Shown here: positions 8,446-16,100 of the stretch, piece by piece
Layout: each line of letters starts with the position of its first letter
How positions within the stretch are numbered: the first letter of the stretch is position 1
Assembly (NCBI RefSeq): GCF_003231495.1
Contig: NZ_PQWO01000019.1
Coordinates: 1-32,000, forward strand
Direction: 5' to 3'
Source of the DNA: Acaryochloris thomasi RCC1774
Lineage (GTDB): Bacteria > Cyanobacteriota > Cyanobacteriia > Thermosynechococcales > Thermosynechococcaceae
DNA length: 32,000 nucleotides
Translations under genes and position numbers: made by a program
Notes under the pieces: generated by a model
What the model was told of the DNA's origin: nothing
Databases searched by the model: none
Seen by the model: only the letters and a program-made list of their open reading frames with translations

Positions 8446-8541
8446 TTAAGTCCCTCTCCCAATTTTGGGCGAGGGACTTTGAGTACTTTTATCTTGTTCC
8501 CCTCTTCTTCCAAGGTTGGAAGAAGGGGCTGGGGAATGAGG
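8446..8541. repeat. double-hairpin small dispersed repeat (MITE/REP-like), copy 1
   Basis: Hairpin 1: AAGTCCCTC..GAGGGACTT (8448-8456 / 8471-8479). Hairpin 2: TTCTTCCAA-GG-TTGGAAGAA plus C/G extension (about 8499-8528). By-eye identity of about 75-80% to 22824-22920. Confidence 0.6.
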
Positions 8542-8613
8542 GCCAAGTGCAACTGGGATACTTCCATCGCTGCTAGCAAAGGCATGATTCAGCCCACTCA
8601 ATGAGCACAAAAC

Positions 8614-9600
8614 CTATTGCGACTCTAGCCAGCGAGCCGCATCTTTAGCGTGGTAGGTCAAGATTAGGTCTGCGCCCGCTCGCTTAAAGCTGGTCAGCGT
8701 TTCCATGACCACTCGTTCTTCGTCAACCCAGCCGTTGAGGGCTGCAGCCTTCACCATCGAATACTCACCCGACACGTTATAGGCCGCCACCGGCACATTG
8801 CAGGCCTGCTTTACCTGCCAAATGATATCCATATAGGCCAAGGCAGGTTTCACCATCAGCATGTCGGCTCCTTCGTGGAGGTCTAGCTCGATCTCTTTGA
8901 TCGCTTCTCTAGAATTAGCCGGATCCATCTGATAGGTGCGGCGGTCGCCAAACTGAGGCGCTGAATCCGCCGCATCTCGGAAAGGTCCGTAGTAGGCAGA
9001 AGAGTACTTAGCGGCATAGGAAAGAATCGGCAAATCCTCAAATCCAGAGGTATCTAGCCCCTCTCGAATCGCTTGCACAAACCCGTCCATCATGCCCGAA
9101 GGAGCGATGATATCGGCCCCAGCCTTAGCTTGAGACACTGCCGTTTTCTTCAGCAGCTCCAGCGTCGGGTCGTTGAGAACTCGCCCCGTCAAGTCGCCTG
9201 TTTCTAAATAGCCGCAGTGACCGTGCTGGGTATACTCGCACAGACAGGTATCGACAATCACCACCAGATCCGGCACCGCCTCTTTGACGGCTGCCGATGC
9301 CTTTTGCACAATGCCGTGATCATGCCACGCCCCTGTCGCTTCAGAGTCCTTATCATCTGGAATCCCAAACAGAATTATAGATGGGATGCCAAGGTCGTAG
9401 ACTTCTTTAGCTTCTTCTACAATCTTGTCCACCGATAGCTGATAGACTCCCGGCATCGATGTCACTTCTTGGGAAACGCTTTCCCCTGGTACCGCAAAGA
9501 GAGGATAGATCAGGTCACTAGTGGTGACGACGGTTTCTTGAACCATGCGACGCAGCTGCGGATGACTGCGGAGCCTGCGGGGACGATGTTTGGGGAACAT
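8614..9600 (-). CDS. hemB: porphobilinogen synthase (delta-aminolevulinic acid dehydratase), Zn-type
   Basis: [20 protein letters not shown] start at the internal ATG (9600) of track ORF 8614-9669. Cys-rich metal site [14 protein letters not shown]. Active-site region [11 protein letters not shown]. Confidence 0.9.
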   Translation of the reverse strand: MFPKHRPRRLRSHPQLRRMVQETVVTTSDLIYPLFAVPGESVSQEVTSMPGVYQLSVDKIVEEAKEVYDLGIPSIILFGIPDDKDSEATGAWHDHGIVQKASAAVKEAVPDLVVIVDTCLCEYTQHGHCGYLETGDLTGRVLNDPTLELLKKTAVSQAKAGADIIAPSGMMDGFVQAIREGLDTSGFEDLPILSYAAKYSSAYYGPFRDAADSAPQFGDRRTYQMDPANSREAIKEIELDLHEGADMLMVKPALAYMDIIWQVKQACNVPVAAYNVSGEYSMVKAAALNGWVDEERVVMETLTSFKRAGADLILTYHAKDAARWLESQ

Positions 9601-10152
9601 GATTTTTAGCAACAATACGGTAGATAGGTTGAGCTTTGCTGAAGAAATGCAGAGTAGATGCGACAGCAAAAAGACAACACCCTATACTCTACTGTTGCAC
9701 TCGACCCCTTTCAATTCCGCGATTGTTTCTATATATTCACAGATCGATTTCAGAGTCCCTTGACGATCCATTTCTCCGAGGCTAGGATGGACGCCTACTC
9801 GGCACTGATCCCCCCTAAGTCGCCCTGTAGCTGGCTCTCGAAAGGGTACCTTGCATCGAAAGGGCAAGACACAAATTAGCAGGCCTAAGCTTTACAGTAT
9901 GGTGGCTGCTAGTGCCGAAGGGCCTTTACAAAATTTTTCTCAGACGAAGAGTGGTTACCCTTAACTCTCAAGTGGGTCATCATTCAGCATTTAATCCAAA
10001 AGCCTTTTCGTTGGGAGCTTCCGATGCTATCCTGACCCCGAGTTGAGTGCTGTAGCGTAGCTGTCTGGATTGAAAGCCTACTTCTTGTGAACAGGTCAGT
10101 TGAGTCTTCTATATAGTTTAGAGCAGCAGAAAAGACAGAAACATCTCGAAGT

Positions 10153-10199
10153 TTTTCTTCTCTTGGGGGCACTCTAAAAGCACCCCCAAGAGAAGAAAA
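10153..10199 (+). promoter_or_regulatory. 17-bp perfect stem-loop ending 5 nt upstream of the YHYH-protein start codon
   Basis: TTTTCTTCTCTTGGGGG (10153-10169), 13-nt loop, CCCCCAAGAGAAGAAAA (10183-10199). The 3' arm covers the purine-rich region where a ribosome-binding site would sit. No U-tail on either strand. Confidence 0.4.
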
Positions 10200-10204
10200 T
10201 CCCT

Positions 10205-11299
10205 ATGCACGTTAGCCAGGAGTGTCTCGTGAGCATCGGTCGGCAATCGGGTCGATTACTGCTGTCGGTTATTCTTACTTTTTCCACTAGCGGAGAAACC
10301 TACGGTGACACAACTTCTCACAATCACAAGTATTCAACGCAAAAACTGAGTCAGGCTTCTGTCAATACGAATCAGGTCAGAATCCAACTGGAAGGGGACA
10401 GCCGCTACATATACGCTAACGGCATTCCAGATCATACCCATGGTTCATTTCCCAATCCTGGCAATCCCAATAGCATCTCGCCGCAAACCTATCGATTTCG
10501 AGTACCGACAACCCCCAAATTAGCAACCCAAATAACGGCACTGCGTGGGAGCCTGTTTGGTGTCGCACTCAATGGTATTCCTTTGGATCCAGGAACAGCA
10601 GAGGTTTGGACATCTCAGGGACCCAGCCATGCTTTTAGTGCACAGAATAAAGCAGAATGGCGCTATGAAGCCCTATCAGGCCGCATTAATCTTGGGATTG
10701 ATCAAAGCCATGCTCACGTTCAGCCAACGGGTGCTTATCATTACCACGGCTTGCCGCTAGGTCTTATCCAGCAGCAAGGTCGCGATCAGCCCATCATCTT
10801 CATCGGGTATGCTGCAGATGGCTTTCCTATCTACGCTTCATCTGGAAACACTGCAGCAGTCTCAAGCTACCGAGTTAAGCAAGGACAACGCCCCAGTGGC
10901 CCAGGAGGACGCTATGATGGCACCTTTGTTCAGGACCACGAATTTATAGCTGGGCTAGGCAATCTCGATCAGTGTAATGGACGTCAGGGAAAAACCCCTG
11001 AGTATCCACAGGGGATCTATCACTACTTCATCACGACGACGTTTCCTTTCATTCCCCGTTGTTTTCGCGGCACTCCTGATATCAGCTTTAGACATCAAAA
11101 ATCTGCTGGACTGAGACAGTTTCCATCCCGTCCAAAGTCACGTCCTGCGGCCCACATAAAGCAACAGCCCCAACAACGCTTAGATCAGAATCATCGGCCA
11201 TCAGCAGGCGGGCGGCGACCGCCCTTTCCGCCTTCTGGGCATCATCATCCGTTTTCGCCACCTCACGGTTCCCCGCATCGGCATCATCCCCCTCACTAG
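10205..11299 (+). CDS. YHYH domain-containing protein with a C-terminal His/Pro/Arg-rich low-complexity tail
   Basis: Contains the AYHYHGLP motif, GIPDHTHG, GYAADGFPIY, the YHYF..T..FPFIPRCFRG ending typical of the YHYH family, and an N-terminal hydrophobic segment. Tail: ...RRPPFPPSGHHHPFSPPHGSPHRHHPPH. Confidence 0.75.
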   Translation: MHVSQECLVSIGRQSGRLLLSVILTFSTSGETYGDTTSHNHKYSTQKLSQASVNTNQVRIQLEGDSRYIYANGIPDHTHGSFPNPGNPNSISPQTYRFRVPTTPKLATQITALRGSLFGVALNGIPLDPGTAEVWTSQGPSHAFSAQNKAEWRYEALSGRINLGIDQSHAHVQPTGAYHYHGLPLGLIQQQGRDQPIIFIGYAADGFPIYASSGNTAAVSSYRVKQGQRPSGPGGRYDGTFVQDHEFIAGLGNLDQCNGRQGKTPEYPQGIYHYFITTTFPFIPRCFRGTPDISFRHQKSAGLRQFPSRPKSRPAAHIKQQPQQRLDQNHRPSAGGRRPPFPPSGHHHPFSPPHGSPHRHHPPH

Positions 11300-11390
11300 C
11301 CAATGACGTGGAGATAAATTGAGTTCCTTAGCGAAGTTGGGAATACTAGGGGCAACTGTCAACCGTACTCACCCTGAACGTTTCCTCTAG

Positions 11391-13142
11391 TTGTCTAGCT
11401 ATCAGAGAGCCATCACAGACGTAATGGAACAGGCGATTACTAAAGCTTATTCAAGATGTCAGCCGCCCGAGCAATTTAAGAACTTAGGTATGGACCTTTC
11501 TGCGATGGATAGGGCGAGACAATCTTTCTCTGGAGGGCGGTTACCAAAGATTGAGTTCCCCGGAGGGGCCGTTCCACTCAGTTCATCGCTTTATATCAAG
11601 CGTTCTAATATTGAGCAGCTAGCCTATCAAGAGCTTGACCAACCCGGTAGTTTGATCCGCATCCAGGCTCCTCAAGGAATGGGGAAACGCTCGCTTCTAT
11701 TGCGATTAATGGCCTATGCCAAGGTTCAGGATTACCAGACGGTCAGGGTCAACTTTCAGACGGCAGAGCAATCCGTTTACACAAGCTTAGATAAATTTCT
11801 CCGCTGGTTTTGTGCGAATGTAGCACGGCAGTTGAAGCAAGCAGCCTGTCTCGATCAGTACTGGGATCCAGAGATTGGGGCTAAGCTAAGCTGCACGCTC
11901 TATTTTGAAGAGTATTTACTGGAAGCCATTGAGAGTGAGATCGTTTTGGCTCTCAGTCATGTCGAGCAGATCTTCGAGCACCCTAAAATTGCGCAAGAAT
12001 TTTTGCCCATGCTGCGGTTCTGGCATGAACAGGGTAAACAGGCTGAAGCATTTCAGAAATTACGGCTGATTGTCCTCCATGCCACAGATGTCTATGTGCC
12101 TCTGCAGGTGCATCAGTCTCCGTTTAACGTTGGGCTACCGCTGCAGCTATCGCCGTTCTCCTTAAAAGATATTCAGACTTTGGCGCATCGCCACGGACTC
12201 GATTGGGACCAAAATCTGGCTCGACCGCTCATGGAGATGGTTAGCGGCCATCCGTATCTGGTGAGGCTAGCAATGTACCACATCAGCCAACAAAATATGA
12301 CCTTAGCAAAGGTGTTGGAAGAGGCTCCTACTCAGGGGGGGATTTATAATCAGCATCTGAGAGGGCTGCTAAAAACGCTGCAGCAACAGCCGGCTCTAGC
12401 GCAAGCTTTCAAAAAAGTCGTCACTTCTATCGATAGCGTGGAGCTTGAGACAATCTTGGCCCACAAGCTTAATCGTCTAGGGCTTGTACTTCTGAGAGGG
12501 AACCGATGCATCATTTCATGTGAGCTTTACCGCCTGTACTTTGCACAGCAAAAGTTAGGTCCAGTCGATGAGTGGCGGATTCGGCTTGAGCAGCTTGAGC
12601 AAGAGAATATTCATCTCAGAGCATTAGTGAACCTAGACGGTCTCACACAGATTGCAAATCGTCGTTCTTTTGATGATTATCTTGATTCTCAGTGGAAGAA
12701 TCTGACGGAGATCAAGGCTCCACTGGGTCTACTTTTACTAGATGTTGATCACTTCAAGCAATACAACGATACCTACGGCCATCCAGCAGGGGATCAGTGC
12801 CTGCAGCAGGTAGCTCAAGTTCTCCAGCGCTGTGCCAAACGCTCTTCTGATTTGGTCGCTCGCTACGGTGGTGAAGAGTTCGCCGTGGTTCTACCCCTCA
12901 CAAATGCTCAAACCTCAGCCAGACTCGCCGAGGAAATTCGGATTCAGCTAGGATTGCTTGAGATTGCCCACGAAACCTCTAGCCTTGAGGCGGGCATTGT
13001 GACGGTCAGTATTGGCGTTATCAGCGTTGTTCCTGGATCGGAGGGTAGCCCTGAAAAGCTGATTCAGGCTGCAGATAAGGCACTCTATCGAGCTAAAAAG
13101 GAAGGGCGAGACCGCATCTACACTCACTCCTCCTCAGGATAG
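11391..13142 (+). CDS. AAA-like (AAA_35/STAND-type) domain protein fused to a GGDEF diguanylate cyclase domain
   Basis: The N-terminal roughly 380 aa are paralogous to the next gene. P-loop-like APQGMGKRS (K99). A coiled-coil stalk is followed by a GGDEF domain (about 12630-13120) with GGEEF at 12867-12881 and RSSD five residues upstream. Start is uncertain: TTG at 11391 or ATG at 11424. Confidence 0.85.
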   Translation: MSSYQRAITDVMEQAITKAYSRCQPPEQFKNLGMDLSAMDRARQSFSGGRLPKIEFPGGAVPLSSSLYIKRSNIEQLAYQELDQPGSLIRIQAPQGMGKRSLLLRLMAYAKVQDYQTVRVNFQTAEQSVYTSLDKFLRWFCANVARQLKQAACLDQYWDPEIGAKLSCTLYFEEYLLEAIESEIVLALSHVEQIFEHPKIAQEFLPMLRFWHEQGKQAEAFQKLRLIVLHATDVYVPLQVHQSPFNVGLPLQLSPFSLKDIQTLAHRHGLDWDQNLARPLMEMVSGHPYLVRLAMYHISQQNMTLAKVLEEAPTQGGIYNQHLRGLLKTLQQQPALAQAFKKVVTSIDSVELETILAHKLNRLGLVLLRGNRCIISCELYRLYFAQQKLGPVDEWRIRLEQLEQENIHLRALVNLDGLTQIANRRSFDDYLDSQWKNLTEIKAPLGLLLLDVDHFKQYNDTYGHPAGDQCLQQVAQVLQRCAKRSSDLVARYGGEEFAVVLPLTNAQTSARLAEEIRIQLGLLEIAHETSSLEAGIVTVSIGVISVVPGSEGSPEKLIQAADKALYRAKKEGRDRIYTHSSSG

Positions 13143-13145
13143 GCC

Positions 13146-16100
13146 ATGCGCTATCAAATTGGCGGTAGCCTGACGGCCAACGCACCCAGCTATATCGCAC
13201 GACAGGCGGATGAAGATTTATACGAAGCGCTACGGCAGAATTCATTCTGCTACGTTCTTAATGCTCGCCAGATGGGCAAATCATCGCTGTTGGTGAACAC
13301 CCGACATCGGCTGCAGCAGCAGGGCTACCGATGCGCCGTGATCGACATGACGAATCTGGGGAGCGAAAATATCTCTCCGCTGCAGTGGTACAAGGGCATC
13401 ATTAAAGATCTCTGCCGCAGTTTTAAGCTCCGCAAAGTTTTTGATTTCCAAAGCTGGTGGCAAGAAGAAGCAGATATTTCACTACTCCAGCGCTTCAGTC
13501 GCTTCATTGGAGATGTTCTGCTGCCTCAGTTTCCTGATCAGAACCTGGTGATTTTCATTGATGAAATTGACAGCATTCTGAGCCTGCCGTTTTCGGTCGA
13601 TGACTTTTTTGCCCTGATCCGCTTTTGCTATAACCAGCGAGCGATTGATCCCAGCTATGAGCGGATTAATTTTGCGATTTTTGGGGTGGCTACGCCCTCG
13701 GATTTGATTTGCGATCGCAACCGCACCCCCTTCAATATCGGCACCTCCATTCACCTAAGCGGCTTTACCCTAGAGCAGTCTCAAACCCTAGCTCAGACCC
13801 TACCGCTCTATAAGGGCAGCAACTCTGAAATCCTCAAAGCCGTCCTTCACTGGACCAACGGACAGCCATTCTTAACGCAAAAGCTCTGTCAGCTCGTGAT
13901 TCAGTCTAGCCAAGATGCAGTAAGCGGTGGCTTATCCATCCCGCCAGGAACAGAGAGCTACTGGGTCGAGCAAATCGTTCAGCAACACATCATCTCAGAA
14001 TGGGAATCGCAGGATGAGCCAGAACATCTGCGAACAATCCGCAATCGAGTGTTGATGGACCAAGGAGCCGTGGGGCGTCGTTTGGGACTGTATCAGCAGA
14101 TTCGTCAAGGCAAGACTGTTCCCAGTGATGACAGTCGTGATCAAGTTGAATTAGTGCTGTCAGGTTTAGTCATTCGGTCTTATGGGCAGCTCCAGGTCAA
14201 AAATGAAATCTATGCAGCCGTCTTTGATTTAACCTGGGTGGAGAATCAATTGGCCCAACTACGGCCCTATGCAAGACTACTAGCGACCTGGGTCGAGTCA
14301 GCAAAAACAGATGAATCTCGGCTGCTGCGCGGGCAGGCCCTCAAAGATGCTCAGCTTTGGTCTCAGGGGAAACGGCTGAGCGATCTGGACTATCAGTTTT
14401 TAGCAGACTCAGTGGAGTGCGATCGCAACCAAGTTCAGCAAGCGCTCGAAGCCGATCGCGTCAAAGCCATCGAAGCCCAACTGATCCAGGAAAAGAGAGT
14501 CGTTAAACAACAGCGCCGCTTTTCAGTCCTATTGACCCTTGCTTTTTTAGGAGCATTGGGCTTGGGGGGAGCCACCTTCCTGCAAAATCGGCAGGCCCGT
14601 CGCCATGCCCAAACGGCTAGGGTCAGCGAAGTTAAGGCACTGATGTCCTCCGCTGAAGGAAACTTCGACTCTCATCGTCAACTAGAGGCCTTAACTCTGG
14701 CTATTTCAGCGACGCGTAAAGCGCAATTGCTAAAAGACAAACCACTACAGCAGCAGAGCCAAACCGTTCTTCGCCAGACTCTTTACGGCCTAGAAGAAGC
14801 AAACCGTTTGCCCACCGTCACTGGAGCCAGAGCCGTTTCGACGAGTCCTGACGGTCAATTCATTGTCAGTGGCCTATCCAACGGTTTGATCTACCTTTGG
14901 AGACAAGATGGAACGGTCGTCAAGACGTGGACCGGACACTCATCCAGGATTAACGACATTACCTTCAGCCCAGACCAGCAATACATACTCACAGCTTCTG
15001 CCGATCGGACCGTCAAAATGTGGCGGTTAGACGGCACTCTTATTCGGACCTTCTCTGGCCATAGGGAGGGAGTCACGGGTGTTCAAATCAGTCCTGATGG
15101 CACCTTGATTGCCTCTAGTTCCTCCAAGCAAGGCATCAAATTATGGGGCGTTGATGGAACCCTAGTTCAGGACATTCCCAAGAAAGGAGCAGCGGGCTTT
15201 AGCCCAGACAGCCAATGGTTCGTCACCTCTGGAAAGAATCATCCACTACAGATTTGGGGACGAGATGGCAAACTCAACAAAACACTCCCCCATGTGGGCC
15301 GGCCAATTCATCGCCTCACGGTTAGTCCAGATGGGCAACTGATTGCTGCAGCCTGCATTGATAAAACAGTTCGACTCATTCATATCGATGGTCGTTCCTA
15401 CAAAACGTTTACGGGACATCAGGCTCTGGTCCGCGATGTTACCTTCAGTCCTGATGGTCAACAGGTTGCATCGGTGGCAGGCGACAAGACCGTCAAGGTG
15501 TGGCAAACGCACGGCGAACTGCTGAAGACCTTTGAGGGACACCGGGCATCGGTATGGAGCATTGATTTCACCCCAGACGGGCGGCAAATTGCCTCAGCTT
15601 CAGAGGATGGCACCGTTCGGCTCTGGCAGCTTCAGAATCCGCTCCTGACCCAACTCGTGGGCAATACTGATTTCATTCCGAACCTAGCAATGAGTGCAGA
15701 TGGTCGATCCGTGGCAACAGTGGGTCCTGGCAGCGGCATTTTGCTGTGGAAGCAGGGACCAAAGGGGAAATTTTCACCCTTGCCGTACCTCCACATCAAG
15801 GGTCCAAAAGCCCATAGAGCTCCTATTCACGGGGTTGCTTTTACCCCCGATGGGAAGCAATTTGTCACGGTTGCGCGGGACGGCCTAGCGAAATTTTGGG
15901 ATCTAAACGGCACTCTTTTGCAAACATTGAAGGTGGATAAACCACTGTGGCGAGTGGCCTTTAGCGCCGATGGAGAGAGGGTTGCGATCGCAACCAGCGA
16001 CAAAACTGTCAAACTCTGGCAGCGGAATCAACAGGGGCAATTCCCCAATCAACCGACTCAGGTTCTCAAAGGCCATACTGCGATGCTCCGCACCGTCACC

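Noticed and set aside
8119-8604. 161-aa plus-strand ORF, together with 8382-8576 and 8400-8585, in the ridA-hemB spacer. The analogous ORF 22835-23041 lies after the ABC-F gene.
   Set aside because: They are read through the double-hairpin dispersed repeat and, for 8119-8604, through the ridA 5' end (antisense) and its upstream region. ORFs open in several frames and on both strands over the same palindromic DNA, which argues against coding.
9601-9669. 23-codon N-terminal extension of hemB ([23 protein letters not shown]).
   Set aside because: HemB proteins start close to the PRRLR motif, and the internal ATG at 9600 gives [11 protein letters not shown]. The extension is most likely just upstream open frame.
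9984-10172. 62-aa minus-strand ORF, plus ORFs 9658-9879 (+) and 9682-9867 (-), in the hemB-YHYH intergenic region.
   Set aside because: They have no family resemblance and overlap each other on opposite strands. ORF 9984-10172 starts inside the 17-bp hairpin. I treat them as non-coding.
11088-11303. 71-aa acidic antisense ORF exactly opposite the His/Pro-rich tail of the YHYH protein.
   Set aside because: It is the complement of a biased-composition coding stretch (CAT/CCN codons give GAT/GGN on the other strand), which is the expected artefact. The sense frame is continuous with the YHYH domain.
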